From the NCBI GenBank assembly GCA_965208125.1, contig OZ242320.1, positions 5,504,001 to 5,568,000 on the forward strand: a DNA stretch of 64,000 nucleotides. Reading direction: 5' to 3'. The stretch comes from Candidatus Latescibacterota bacterium. Lineage in GTDB: Bacteria > Latescibacterota > UBA2968. The position numbers and the translations under genes are program-made. Under the pieces are notes generated by a model. The model made no database searches. It saw only the letters and a list, made by a program, of their open reading frames with translations, and had not been told where the DNA came from. Shown in pieces: positions 21,145 to 31,937 of the stretch. Each line of letters opens with the position of its first letter. Within the stretch, counting starts at the first letter, position 1.

Positions 21145-22536
21145 CTACACCCGCCAGGAAATTTTCTCCCAATCCTCATCATCGCATTGTTGCACGTACT
21201 CGCGCACAATCCGCATCGCATCTTCTGGACTGCCCAAACGATCCATATCCACCCAATTTATCGCATCGCGTTTTGCGACCATCCAGCTTTTCAAAATTTC
21301 AAAAAGGGTACCTGTTTCAAGGTCTGATTCCAATTCCGCAAAAAAGTAGAACTCGTGCAGCGTACGCTCTATCGCATCCCAATCACACAGATCTTTGCGC
21401 GCACGCACCTGGGCAAAAGACGTACTATCCACAACACAAAACAACTCAACGCATTCCTGCTCAGCCGATGGCAGAATCAGCACTATATTTTTTAAATTAC
21501 CCAATTCCGCATCGCGCTTGTGTACATCGAGCTGCGTATTAAACTCTGGCTGGCACAGCGCGATCAATTTCGCCTCGAGCAAAAGCGCTTCAAGCTCAGA
21601 CCCCACCGTCTCCACCTCCATAGACCATATCCGATCCAAAATCTGCTGCGTCTTTTCTGGTCGCTCCAATCGTCTGGCAAAATAACTGCCCACGCGCCTT
21701 CGCAAATTCACCGCCTTGCCCACATAAATCACGCCACCCTCGCGATCCCGCATAATATAAACCCCCGGCAACTCGGGTAACGCGCTCAAAAATGCCGCGT
21801 CAAAAGCATACGCATCAAAATGTATCGGAACGGGATCCGGGTACAACACGGCGGTCACTGCCTCAATAGTATTAAGCCCCTCCTCTTCACACCGTTCCAA
21901 AAGATCCAACAAAATATCGGCCTGCAAACTCGCCTCTCCTTCAGCCCCGCGATCCGACACAAAGGACAGTCCCATAGCAGAAGCCAGATCCTCGACAGAA
22001 TGCAAACGGACATCGGGATAGAAATGCCGCCCCAAACGAAACAGGCAAATCCCGGAATCCACGACATCTTTGCCCATCATCAGACGACTCAGCCTGTTCA
22101 AATCTCTCTTCATTCTGGACCACTGAAACCCTGCAGGAATCGCATCTCTCACTCCTTCGGCATAAGAATCCAAAATTCCCTCCCGATCACCCATGCGAAC
22201 CTGAACTGTGGGAAATAGCGTCTCGTGCCCGCCCATCTGCACCTTGCGCCCTGCGAGTGCATAAACCTCTGCATCCGCAGACGGGACCAGCCCAAAACAA
22301 AAAAAAGAAACCTCCCGCAGGGTCTTACCCTGTCCTGGAGGTCTTAAATACCACAACCCACTGCGATCACATACAAACCGGGAATCATCATCAACAGCCG
22401 CGCGCACCACTTTATCGGCTATGGAGCCGCGTGCGCCGTGTAACCCCATTGCCTCAGAAGCCAGCACCTCTGCGTGTACACCTGTATCGCACTGTTCCAA
22501 AAAAGCGTAGATGCGATCCTTAACAGTCTGGTTCAC
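21145..22536 (-). CDS. GIY-YIG (UvrC/Cho-like) nuclease with a degenerate DnaQ-like N-terminal region
   Basis: LPELPGVYIM...VIYVGKAVNLRRRVGSYF...ELEALLLEAKLI...PEFN. Confidence 0.8.
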   Translation of the reverse strand: MNQTVKDRIYAFLEQCDTGVHAEVLASEAMGLHGARGSIADKVVRAAVDDDSRFVCDRSGLWYLRPPGQGKTLREVSFFCFGLVPSADAEVYALAGRKVQMGGHETLFPTVQVRMGDREGILDSYAEGVRDAIPAGFQWSRMKRDLNRLSRLMMGKDVVDSGICLFRLGRHFYPDVRLHSVEDLASAMGLSFVSDRGAEGEASLQADILLDLLERCEEEGLNTIEAVTAVLYPDPVPIHFDAYAFDAAFLSALPELPGVYIMRDREGGVIYVGKAVNLRRRVGSYFARRLERPEKTQQILDRIWSMEVETVGSELEALLLEAKLIALCQPEFNTQLDVHKRDAELGNLKNIVLILPSAEQECVELFCVVDSTSFAQVRARKDLCDWDAIERTLHEFYFFAELESDLETGTLFEILKSWMVAKRDAINWVDMDRLGSPEDAMRIVREYVQQCDDEDWEKISWRV

Positions 22537-22544
22537 AGTTTATC

Positions 22545-23372
22545 CTATCGGAATTTGCGCGCAATCGCACACAGCCATTCGCCATCGTCGAGCATCTCAT
22601 CAAGCACCAGATTGGCTCTGTCCAGCACCGCACAAAATGCCTCGCGCTCGCGATCCAAAATCCCTCCTAAAATCGCGCATCCTTCGGGATGCAGCCGCTT
22701 TGCCAGTTCTGGAATGAGCGAAAATAAAATACTGCTGATGATATTTGCAACCACCACATCAAAAATCCCCAATACCCTATCGACAGAATACTGCCCTAAA
22801 ACCACCTTTGTATCCACACCATTCAAAATACAGTTGGCTCGGGCATTCTCAATCGCAGCCGCCTCAATATCCACAGCCATTACTTCAGACGCCCCCAGCT
22901 TCACCGCTGCAATACTCAAAATTCCCGATCCCGTACCAACATCCAGCACCCGATCCCCTGATGTTATCTTCTTCTCTAAACCCAAAAGAGCCAGACGCGT
23001 TGTCTCGTGATGCCCGGTGCCAAACGCCATTTGAGGATCAATCGCGATTGTAAAACCGCCCGGAGGATCAGGCACCCTGTCCCACGGTGGACAAATTGCC
23101 ATGCGAGGGGAGGGATAAACCGGTCGAAAAAAAGAACGCCACGACAGTGTCCAATCCGTATCGGACACGGGCTCAAAGCGGCATTTATAGGGCATGAGAG
23201 CCTGTTCTATCTCCGCTTCATTTTGCACCGCCTCAAAATACGCCGTTAAACAAACCCCATCGCTTATATCCTCTTCCACAACACCACAGCAACCCAGCTC
23301 AAACAATTGGGCAGACGCGATTTCAACCCTTGTCTGCGGCAGCACCACAGATACTTGAAAATAAGTATTCAC
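22545..23372 (-). CDS. prmA: Ribosomal protein L11 methyltransferase
   Basis: IDPQMAFGTGHHETT, VLDVGTGSGILSI, VVANI; GTG start at 23372. Confidence 0.92.
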   Translation of the reverse strand: MNTYFQVSVVLPQTRVEIASAQLFELGCCGVVEEDISDGVCLTAYFEAVQNEAEIEQALMPYKCRFEPVSDTDWTLSWRSFFRPVYPSPRMAICPPWDRVPDPPGGFTIAIDPQMAFGTGHHETTRLALLGLEKKITSGDRVLDVGTGSGILSIAAVKLGASEVMAVDIEAAAIENARANCILNGVDTKVVLGQYSVDRVLGIFDVVVANIISSILFSLIPELAKRLHPEGCAILGGILDREREAFCAVLDRANLVLDEMLDDGEWLCAIARKFR

Positions 23373-23376
23373 TTTC

Positions 23377-25329
23377 TCACCACGAATGCGTACGATGGCC
23401 CTGGCCTGGAAACCATATCTGATCGACAAAAAACGACAGCAGCACGCCCAGGGCATGGCCTACGAGCAGGCCCAAAAAAAAGGGACGCAAACGCCGATAG
23501 AGATCCACACCGCCTATGCGTAAAATGATCGATTTGATGCCCCATGCCATAAAAACGGAAAAAACTGAATGCACGGCATGCGTCAGCGGCACAACCATGC
23601 CAATGGGCGCGAGGGGCCACCATGCAAAGCGATAGCGCATCAGACTCACCACGGCAAAAATGCCAATGCCCAACAGCAAAAACAGGGGGCGCTCGCTCTC
23701 CCATTTTTCTTCGCCCTTCAGTGCTTTGACCAGCCCATCATAGGTTCTCGGCGGATAGCGCGTAAATGGAAAATCGTTGAAATTATAAGCCCCGTGCAAA
23801 TAGCCCAGATAAAGCGAATAGGCAATTGCAGCGCCAATACCGATCACAAGCGTCAGTCCAATGCCCACAACCAGCAACTTCTTATTTCTTCCCGCCATAT
23901 CTGCAATGCGCGCCGCATGCACGAGCGGAGGCATAAACATCGCCTTGCTCTGTGAGCGCACCGAATCAACCAGACGCAATGCCGTCAGCGTTGAAGCATC
24001 AAATGATTTGGGTCCAAAAATAAAAGGCAAAAGACCATTGGGCGTCATCGGCATGCTAAAATAAATAACGCCCGTCTCGGCAATCACCCTTGCCGTGCCC
24101 AGATAAGTAATAAAAATACCCAGCGTAAGAGCAATCGCAACAGCCCAGCTAATACCTACAGCCTGGAACCAGAAAATCAGAAAAATCAGACTAAATATCA
24201 GGCCAAACGCACACGCGCGATATGAAAGCATCTCATCTGAATCATCGATCTGCCACCCTCCGCGAAACGCTTTGGCAAACACATCGCGAATGTGGAACCG
24301 CGCCATCCACAATCCAAATAAAACCATCGCCACAAATGCACCCCCAGCTTGTAGCGAGGTCGTCGCATCTGCAGCACTGCCTTTATTGCTCAGATTAATC
24401 CCCACGCGCCTGTAAAACATAACTTGCACGCAGTAAAACAAATAAAATACCCAGATGGAAAACAACACATCCAGGTTGGCAAAATAGGCAAAACCCACAG
24501 TATAAAAATTAAACCGCACATGGATGCGCGGGAAATACACACCCATGGGCATCCACCCCGGTCCCAGGCTTATAACCGGAAATCCGGGTGAAAAATAACT
24601 GATAATATTCCAGGACAGGATGAGAAATGGAATTGCAGCACCAAACAGGAAGAACTTATTCTTTAAAAGAGGTACTCTGTGCTCTGCTTCGGCCAGATCA
24701 CCCGCCGGGTGCAAAATGGGATACGCCAACCGCTCGTGCTCTGCCCATTGCTTGCGCAACATCACCGCCAGACAAATACATCCTACCACAATGGCGGCAA
24801 TAAACGTCATCCAGCCAAACAAAGGCACAAACCACACGCCCCAGGGAATGGGCATGTCCGGACTGGGCAGGCCCTCAAACAACCACTGCATAGCCCCGCC
24901 TTCATTGGAGGGAATCAACCAGTTGGGCAAATACTGGTGAAAATAACTTTCCCACTGATTCTCTGGCGTGGCGAGATAATAGGGAATGGAAATCATGCCC
25001 AAAAAATAACTCGTCAGCCCAAAGGCGGGAACAGCAGCTCCCACCAATCCCATCGCCAGAATCGCCCATACTTCGGTACTCGTCAATGCCCAGGGGGCCT
25101 GCCATCGACGCGCGATTGCATTGCCCAGAGTCAACACCACATAAGGCGCGAACAATGCTATAGGAAAATGTGTGATATTCATACGCGCGGTGTGGGCGAT
25201 ATATTCGACATAAGTATTCCACCCAATCACCAGCAACGCGAGTGCCAGACCCAAAATGATTGACCGCGCAGTCACACCTTCCCGCACAGCGAGTGCATCG
25301 CGATCAACTATTCCCTCCCCAAGTGCCAT
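23377..25329 (-). CDS. DUF6785/DUF6784-like polytopic membrane protein (putative transporter)
   Basis: Many TM segments; RKQWAEHERLAYP, RVIAETG, WPLAPIG, IWFPGQGH. Confidence 0.7.
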   Translation of the reverse strand: MALGEGIVDRDALAVREGVTARSIILGLALALLVIGWNTYVEYIAHTARMNITHFPIALFAPYVVLTLGNAIARRWQAPWALTSTEVWAILAMGLVGAAVPAFGLTSYFLGMISIPYYLATPENQWESYFHQYLPNWLIPSNEGGAMQWLFEGLPSPDMPIPWGVWFVPLFGWMTFIAAIVVGCICLAVMLRKQWAEHERLAYPILHPAGDLAEAEHRVPLLKNKFFLFGAAIPFLILSWNIISYFSPGFPVISLGPGWMPMGVYFPRIHVRFNFYTVGFAYFANLDVLFSIWVFYLFYCVQVMFYRRVGINLSNKGSAADATTSLQAGGAFVAMVLFGLWMARFHIRDVFAKAFRGGWQIDDSDEMLSYRACAFGLIFSLIFLIFWFQAVGISWAVAIALTLGIFITYLGTARVIAETGVIYFSMPMTPNGLLPFIFGPKSFDASTLTALRLVDSVRSQSKAMFMPPLVHAARIADMAGRNKKLLVVGIGLTLVIGIGAAIAYSLYLGYLHGAYNFNDFPFTRYPPRTYDGLVKALKGEEKWESERPLFLLLGIGIFAVVSLMRYRFAWWPLAPIGMVVPLTHAVHSVFSVFMAWGIKSIILRIGGVDLYRRLRPFFLGLLVGHALGVLLSFFVDQIWFPGQGHRTHSW

Positions 25330-25444
25330 CTTGTAATATTTCCTCCCACTTTATATAATCGGGAACATCTGTCTCAAACGTGATGCCCCAATATATATAA
25401 ATACACAGCGGGGAACAATGAGCAATGGTCGAGAAGCGATAAAC

Positions 25445-25476
25445 AAAAAACTCCCGACCTCTTTCAAGGCCGGGAG
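25445..25476 (-). terminator. Intrinsic terminator
   Basis: CTCCCG...CGGGAG hairpin with a T-run on the minus strand. Confidence 0.6.
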
Positions 25477-25502
25477 CAGTCTATTTTCAGCAGTATCCGA
25501 CT

Positions 25503-26141
25503 TTATCTAAAGAACACCGACACGCCACCCCTTACAAAATGACGTTTGATGCGGTCTTCCCCAGCAAATAAGACCGAATACCCATACATCGCGTTCAGAG
25601 CCGTGTGTTTTGACAACACCTGGCGCGTACCTGCGCCACCGCCCAATTCACTGACATTGCCCCATCCCCAAAAATCGCGTGCAGCAAAAGCTTCTAAAAA
25701 CGGAAAGGTGCGCTTTTTAATCTGGAAGGGAACATTCAACCGATAAAAACCCGACACCGAAGATCCAAACCCGTCATCCACCGTCAAATAACGCCCACGG
25801 GCATCTATTGTTGCATTGTCCAGCGCGGGTATTAGATCATCCCGATTGGGAGAATCGAGACCTGCGCGCCGGTCGTATTGTCTATTGCCCGCGATAAAAG
25901 AACCGCCAATTTGATGCCATCGGCTAATCGAATAAGCCACTTGAACTCCAGCGCGATAGAACAAGCTGTTACCTGAAAACCGCACAGACATAATCGGCGT
26001 CACTTCCAACTGTCCCGCGCGAATAGGACCTATATTGACCTCACCTTCACCCTTCTTTTCTTTTTCACCGACCACATCGGCCTGGGCAGATGCGCCCAAA
26101 GCCAACAGCCCGGCGACCGTACACATCAGCCAGTATTTCAT
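25503..26141 (-). CDS. Outer-membrane beta-barrel-like hypothetical protein
   Basis: Signal peptide ending AQA; alternating beta strands; C-terminal GVSVFFR; AGGAGG RBS. Confidence 0.6.
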   Translation of the reverse strand: MKYWLMCTVAGLLALGASAQADVVGEKEKKGEGEVNIGPIRAGQLEVTPIMSVRFSGNSLFYRAGVQVAYSISRWHQIGGSFIAGNRQYDRRAGLDSPNRDDLIPALDNATIDARGRYLTVDDGFGSSVSGFYRLNVPFQIKKRTFPFLEAFAARDFWGWGNVSELGGGAGTRQVLSKHTALNAMYGYSVLFAGEDRIKRHFVRGGVSVFFR

Positions 26142-26323
26142 AGCATCTCCTCCTGAAAGGTTCTCCCCCGGCACTTAGTCTAAAATATCCAAAAGAATCA
26201 CTGCTGTCAATGGCTCTTACTGCATGAACTTTTTGAAAATACGCATGTATTGACTTGACGTACCTTCGTATTCCACATTAATTGTTGCGCTGGCACGCGT
26301 GCCGCATTTTCGAAAGGAATCTC

Positions 26324-27304
26324 ATGGCAAAAAAGGCATTAATCACCGGCATTACGGGACAAGACGGTTCTTATCTGGCAGAACTCCTGCTCGATAAGGG
26401 CTACGAAGTACACGGCATTGTCAGGCGCGTGGCCCTCGAAGACCCCGAACACCGGCTCGGACGCATCACCCACTTGCAACACAAAGTGGAACTCCATCCC
26501 GCATCGCTCGAAAGCTTTCCCAGCATCTACAATGTCGTGCGCATTGTCCGACCCGACGAGTGTTACCACCTCGCAGCGCAAAGCTTTGTCGATACCTCCT
26601 TCAAAGACGCATTCTCAACGCTCAATACCAACATCAATGGCACACACTATGTCCTCGAAGCCCTCAATGAACTCGTACCCAAATGTCGATTCTATTTTGC
26701 CGGATCAAGCGAAATGTTTGGCAAAGCCGAAGAAGTGCCCCAAACGGAAATCACGCGCTTTCATCCGCGCTCGCCCTACGGCATCTCCAAAGTCGCGGGA
26801 TTTGACCTGACCCGAAACTATCGAGAAGCCTATGGCCTGTACGCCGCCAGCGGCATCTTGTTCAACCACGAATCCCCTCGTCGGGGATTTGAATTTGTCA
26901 CCCGCAAAATCACCTCCCATGTCGCACGCATCAAACTCGGGCAAATCGGTCACCTCTCCCTTGGCAACCTCGATGCCAAACGCGACTGGGGGCACGCCCG
27001 CGAATACGTCAAAGCCATGTGGATAATGCTCCAACAAAACGCGCCCGACGACTATGTCATCGCAACTGGTAAAACCCATTCGGTACGCGAATTTTGCGAA
27101 ATCGCCTTCTCACACGTCGGCCTCGACTATCGAGAACACGTTCAGATCGATCCGCGATTCTTGCGCCCGGCCGAAGTCGATCTGCTCATCGGCGATTGCA
27201 CCAAAGCCAAAGACAAACTCAACTGGACTTACGACATCTGCTTTGAAGACCTCGTAAAAGAAATGGTTGACGCAGATCTCAGATTGTTCTCAAAAAATTC
27301 ATAA
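26324..27304 (+). CDS. gmd: GDP-mannose 4,6-dehydratase
   Basis: ALITGITGQDGSYL, PRSPYGISK, LFNHESPRRG, RDWGHA. Confidence 0.95.
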   Translation: MAKKALITGITGQDGSYLAELLLDKGYEVHGIVRRVALEDPEHRLGRITHLQHKVELHPASLESFPSIYNVVRIVRPDECYHLAAQSFVDTSFKDAFSTLNTNINGTHYVLEALNELVPKCRFYFAGSSEMFGKAEEVPQTEITRFHPRSPYGISKVAGFDLTRNYREAYGLYAASGILFNHESPRRGFEFVTRKITSHVARIKLGQIGHLSLGNLDAKRDWGHAREYVKAMWIMLQQNAPDDYVIATGKTHSVREFCEIAFSHVGLDYREHVQIDPRFLRPAEVDLLIGDCTKAKDKLNWTYDICFEDLVKEMVDADLRLFSKNS

Positions 27305-27319
27305 CCCAAGGAGCTTGTT

Positions 27320-28375
27320 ATGTCTCGCATCGGACGCGCCGCAGTCATGAGCGGCGAAAAATTTGAAATACGCGAATATCCCGTTCCCGATCCAGAACCG
27401 GGATCGATTTTGCTCAAACAAGAACTCGCCGGCATCTGCGGCACAGACCTGCACAACTGGGAATATCAGCGATTGCAGGGCGAGATCATTCTCGGCCACG
27501 AAAATGTCGGCATCATCGACAGCCTGGGATCGGGCGTAGAAACCGATTATCTGGGCAATCCCATCGCGCCCGGAGATCGGGTCCTCTTCGCACCCGGCAC
27601 AAATAAGGGCGCATACGGTTTTCTACAAGCCGAAGAAGCCCCCTATTTGCGTGGCGGCTTTGGCGAATACATCTACCTGTGGAACCCCGATTCAGTCGTG
27701 CTCAAAACCGATATGCCCGCCGAAGTTGCGGTCATCACCGAGCCTTTTACCATTGGCGTACACGGCGCAATGCGTTCCGGCTTGCAATTTGGCGACACCG
27801 TCGTCGTACAGGGATCGGGAGCCATTGGCCTGCTCACACTCGTCGCCGCCAAAGTCAGTGGCGCGGGACGGCTCATCATGGTCGGCGGTCCCAAAGGGCG
27901 TCTGGAACTGGCGGAGCGACTCGGCGCAGACCTCACCATCGACATCGCCGACATACCCGACCCCGAAGAACGCACGAAAATTGTGCGCGAAAATACGCCC
28001 CGCGGCGAAGGCGCCGATGTCGTCTTTGAATGCGCGGGATTTTTGCCCGCCATTCCCGAAGGCGTCACATTCCTGCGGCACAGCGGCACCTATGTCGCCA
28101 TGGGCCATTTTGTCGATGTAGGGTCTTTTGACTGCAACCCCAACCAGATGTTTATGCGCCGCAACATGCGTCTCGAAGCCGTGTGGGCAAGCCAGCCCGA
28201 ACACTTTGTGCGCGCACTCCCCATCCTCGAGCGAAACGAATACGCCTTTGCCGACCTCGTCAGCCACACCATACCCATTGACCGCGTAGCCGAAGGATTC
28301 AACGCCCTGCACAGCGGATACCATCTCGACGGCAAAGACACAATAAAAATTGCAATAAAAGGCGGGTTGGTATAA
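27320..28375 (+). CDS. Zinc-binding (MDR family) dehydrogenase
   Basis: GICGTD, GHE, GSGAIG. Confidence 0.88.
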   Translation: MSRIGRAAVMSGEKFEIREYPVPDPEPGSILLKQELAGICGTDLHNWEYQRLQGEIILGHENVGIIDSLGSGVETDYLGNPIAPGDRVLFAPGTNKGAYGFLQAEEAPYLRGGFGEYIYLWNPDSVVLKTDMPAEVAVITEPFTIGVHGAMRSGLQFGDTVVVQGSGAIGLLTLVAAKVSGAGRLIMVGGPKGRLELAERLGADLTIDIADIPDPEERTKIVRENTPRGEGADVVFECAGFLPAIPEGVTFLRHSGTYVAMGHFVDVGSFDCNPNQMFMRRNMRLEAVWASQPEHFVRALPILERNEYAFADLVSHTIPIDRVAEGFNALHSGYHLDGKDTIKIAIKGGLV

Positions 28376-28394
28376 GTTAAACAACACAAAAAAC

Positions 28395-28431
28395 AAAAAC
28401 GGCGATGGAAATAAATCCACCGCCGTTTTTT
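28395..28431. terminator. Bidirectional terminator
   Basis: AAAAACGGCG...CGCCGTTTTTT between convergent genes. Confidence 0.75.
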
Positions 28432-28445
28432 GGTTTAAGGGTTAA

Positions 28446-29570
28446 TCAGAAACTAATCGTGGCACTCACCATCTGCACGGGATCGGTGAAAGCAGTATTG
28501 AAATGCTTGAACGCATAATCGATGCGAACGCCTTTCCCCGCCTCGGTTTTGTAATCAATACCGGCACCGAGCGAATAATCTTCCAGATCGTGATTGTTCT
28601 TATAGCCACCGCGCAGGGAAAACCCCATCGCAGAGGTCGCCTGCTTAAACCGATATTCTACACCGATAAGCGTGCGCTCGTCGAAATCTATCGGACTATG
28701 GATCTCGGTGGCGAGATTCAGATGATGCGGCACAGGGGTTCGTCCAAACAGCGAAACCAGATCGAAGACAAAACCCAGGCGGAACGACCGGGGCAACTCG
28801 AAATGCTCGCGCTGAAACTGAGACTCCCCTCCCGGACTGAAATTCCGCACACTCATAGCAATCACCAGATTCCGGAATCCCGTATTGAAATAGGTCCCGA
28901 TATCCACGGCAAAAGCATTGAGATCATTCGACTGCGTTTGCCGATTGCCAGCGATAAAGACATCAGTCGATCCCAGCCCCTGATGGGCAAAACGCGCCAT
29001 TGCCCCTACTGAAAACCGATCGGTAATCTGGAAACCCCAGCCCGCGGACAGGGCGTAATTCGTCGTGGTAAATGTACCCGTCTCGGTAAATCCCTGGCTG
29101 GCTGGGTCGGGATTGATCGCAGTGCCGTTGATCTCTCCCGCGCTATGCGTGATAAAGCCCACGCCAAAGGTACCCGGTGCATTTGGAATTTTGAAAACCG
29201 CGCCAGCAACCTGGTGATTCGTTTCAAAAATCCACCTGGCATAGGAAAAAAATGCCTGCCTTTCGTGTACAAACCCCAGCAGACCAGGGTTTAGAAACAG
29301 CGCACCCGGCGCATCGCCGATCAAACCCGCGCCCGCATCCGCCATCGCAGCTCGCCGCGCATCTGTAGAAAATCCGAGAAACACAAAACCGCTCTGCGCG
29401 GACTTCACGCCCGAAGGTCTGACTTCTTCCTGATTTGGATAAATGGGTTCTATATCGCGAATCTTTTGACCATCGTCGAGAACCCGGGGATCTTCAAATT
29501 GTGCGTTGGCCTGCACGCCGGACAGAACGAATGCCAGCAGACAGACCCAGATAATATTACGTAAATTCAC
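28446..29570 (-). CDS. PorV/PorQ-family (UPF0164-like) outer-membrane protein
   Basis: FLGFSTDARRAAMADA, FLNPGLL, IDYAF, C-terminal Phe. Confidence 0.8.
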   Translation of the reverse strand: MNLRNIIWVCLLAFVLSGVQANAQFEDPRVLDDGQKIRDIEPIYPNQEEVRPSGVKSAQSGFVFLGFSTDARRAAMADAGAGLIGDAPGALFLNPGLLGFVHERQAFFSYARWIFETNHQVAGAVFKIPNAPGTFGVGFITHSAGEINGTAINPDPASQGFTETGTFTTTNYALSAGWGFQITDRFSVGAMARFAHQGLGSTDVFIAGNRQTQSNDLNAFAVDIGTYFNTGFRNLVIAMSVRNFSPGGESQFQREHFELPRSFRLGFVFDLVSLFGRTPVPHHLNLATEIHSPIDFDERTLIGVEYRFKQATSAMGFSLRGGYKNNHDLEDYSLGAGIDYKTEAGKGVRIDYAFKHFNTAFTDPVQMVSATISF

Positions 29571-29596
29571 AACAGCCTCCTTGTCTGAATGCGAGC

Positions 29597-31813
29597 CTAC
29601 CGAATAACCACGAACTTCTCGATATCGGTTTCGCCCGTGTCGGGATTGGTAATATGCGCGACATACACGCCGCTCACAATGAACTGGTTGTTGTCATTTG
29701 CCATCAGCGGCCACTCCTCGTCGCCCGAACCGGAAATGTGATCAAGCCGCGTGACCAGGTCGCCCTGAAGCGTAAAGATCCGGATAATAGCCCGGGCGGG
29801 CAGATTCACAAAGAGCAACTTGTTGGGCTGCCCCGTGAAGTTAAAACCGCCATCTGACAAATTACCACCCAAAATACTGTAGGGATTGGGCACGACGCGA
29901 ACCTTTGTCAGATCGTCAACAGGAGCCGAAAATGGACTCACGCCATTGCCGAGACCGCGCGTGGCAAAAATACTGCTCTCTTGCCCATCGGCATCCACAG
30001 CCGTCACCGCGTAAAAATACCGCTCGCCGCGCACGACATCTGTGTCGATATAGCTGGTCGCCGTAAGGAGCCCATTGTTGACCGGTATCGGCGGATCGGG
30101 CAAATTGGTCTGATGACCGACCATCTTGTAGAGATTGTAGCCCACGGCATCGGAAACCGCTGACCATTCGATCTCATTTTGCGCGGGACCCGATCTGTAA
30201 GCCACATTGGAAGGCCACGACGGGCCGAGAGGAAGACTCGGCGCAACCCCGATGGGCCACGACACTTCCTTGCCCTGCACAGTGCCGTTGACCGCGCGGC
30301 GATCCCGCCATGCCTGTCGCGCCAGTTCCACGCCCTTCATCAGCGAATCCCGACCGCTATCGAGAAAAGCCTCTTTCTCCTCGAAGGAAATCGAACCATT
30401 GGCCCACTGCGCGCCAACGCGCTTGTTCTCATCTGTATGCGGGCCAGCTATGACCCAGGCTTCTACGATATGAACCCACTCCCCGGGTTTCATATCCCAC
30501 GGTCCCCACGTAATCTGAAATGCCCACATATCGACAGACGTGGGTTTGTGGTCGGGCGCGTCACTCTGGAAAATGCGCTGAGCGCGCGTCGTCCCCGGCT
30601 CTACGATGAAGTCATAGACCTCGGGGCGGGTATTCCCATCTGAAGAGCGCCAGCTGGAGCCTTCAACGCGCTTTATCAAGCGGGGTTGAGAGGATTCAGT
30701 GTTTGGATCTTTGAGAAACCAGTTGTTCGTATCGGACAAATCTTCAAAAGTCGTGGGATTTTGCGAGACGTATAGCCAGACCTTGCCCTTGTATTCGGAC
30801 TCTAAGAACTCGCCAGCCGAGATCCGAGCGGCCTTGGCCAGTTCGAGAGCCTCGTGGCCTTCAGCAGGTGCTGGTTCGCCGCGATCATCGCCATCCGAAC
30901 GATATCCGTCTTTAATCGCCGAATCGGCATCTCTTGCATAGAAAAGCTTTTGCTCGTCGTCGTAAAAATAAAGCTCATCCCATTCGCCGAGCGCACCGAG
31001 ATTTGCCGTGTAGTGGCGCGCACCTATCTCTACTGCGCCCTCATCCCGCACCTCGCCAGCCGGACCCTGTCCACCGCCTCTCTGGATGTACGCGTTTTGC
31101 CCGATATAAAGGTTCTCAAGCACTGGATTTGCCGTGCTCGACTCGGGACTCGGCGCAGACCCGCGCGCACCCACTCTTGAGTCGGGAACATTGGGCGGAT
31201 CGGGACGACCATAACTCCGGATCAGGATAAACATCTCATCCTGCTCTGGACTTTGCCAGGCATAGAGCCTGCGCCGCTCCGTGATACCACCCGCATACCC
31301 CACTTCGAGCGGGATCAACAGATCGGCAGTCAGATCTGGGATCACCTGATCGAGGCGGTCGGGAAAAATCGTCCACAGCGTCTGCGACAAGTTCACGCCA
31401 TCCTGCGTGACAGTTGGCGGCTGATTGCGGTAAATTTTTGGCGTAAGACCATCGCCGAGTTCAAAATGCGTGCGCGTAAAATCCCGCGCGTCTTCCTTAT
31501 AGTCATTTACAAACTTTGTAAATGGCTTGCCCAACAACTCGGGCTGGTCGCCCTGAAATGGCTCAAAATAGGAAGGAACATTAAAATCTCGTACGGCAAA
31601 CTGCCACCACCCATCCATCACCTGCGCATTTACAGTCCTGACGTCGGGATTGGTAAAACCCGTCGCCCGTCCTCCCGGGGAATTCATGACGACAAAATAG
31701 TCGATACTGGGCCAGGACCCCCACATCCTTCCGATCCATTGTGCGCTGGCATCGCTCAATGGCATGAGCAATGCCGCGAACACCAGAAGTGTTGTAAATC
31801 GTCTTTGTATCAC
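29597..31813 (-). CDS. Secreted protein with an FN3 domain and a T9SS-like C-terminal domain
   Basis: FN3-like GYNLY...YFYAVTAVD; VRVVPNPY...LFVNLP...IRIFTLQGDLV...SGVY...KFVVIR. Confidence 0.75.
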   Translation of the reverse strand: MIQRRFTTLLVFAALLMPLSDASAQWIGRMWGSWPSIDYFVVMNSPGGRATGFTNPDVRTVNAQVMDGWWQFAVRDFNVPSYFEPFQGDQPELLGKPFTKFVNDYKEDARDFTRTHFELGDGLTPKIYRNQPPTVTQDGVNLSQTLWTIFPDRLDQVIPDLTADLLIPLEVGYAGGITERRRLYAWQSPEQDEMFILIRSYGRPDPPNVPDSRVGARGSAPSPESSTANPVLENLYIGQNAYIQRGGGQGPAGEVRDEGAVEIGARHYTANLGALGEWDELYFYDDEQKLFYARDADSAIKDGYRSDGDDRGEPAPAEGHEALELAKAARISAGEFLESEYKGKVWLYVSQNPTTFEDLSDTNNWFLKDPNTESSQPRLIKRVEGSSWRSSDGNTRPEVYDFIVEPGTTRAQRIFQSDAPDHKPTSVDMWAFQITWGPWDMKPGEWVHIVEAWVIAGPHTDENKRVGAQWANGSISFEEKEAFLDSGRDSLMKGVELARQAWRDRRAVNGTVQGKEVSWPIGVAPSLPLGPSWPSNVAYRSGPAQNEIEWSAVSDAVGYNLYKMVGHQTNLPDPPIPVNNGLLTATSYIDTDVVRGERYFYAVTAVDADGQESSIFATRGLGNGVSPFSAPVDDLTKVRVVPNPYSILGGNLSDGGFNFTGQPNKLLFVNLPARAIIRIFTLQGDLVTRLDHISGSGDEEWPLMANDNNQFIVSGVYVAHITNPDTGETDIEKFVVIR

Positions 31814-31937
31814 ATTTCTCTCCTATACATTAAGACGTAAACATGAAAAAATTAAAGATGCCCTCCCAGCCCCTCCCCGCACAGGCAAAGCCCGAACGGG
31901 GAAGGAGGGGTAGGTCCCAAGAAATTAAAAGAGCTTC

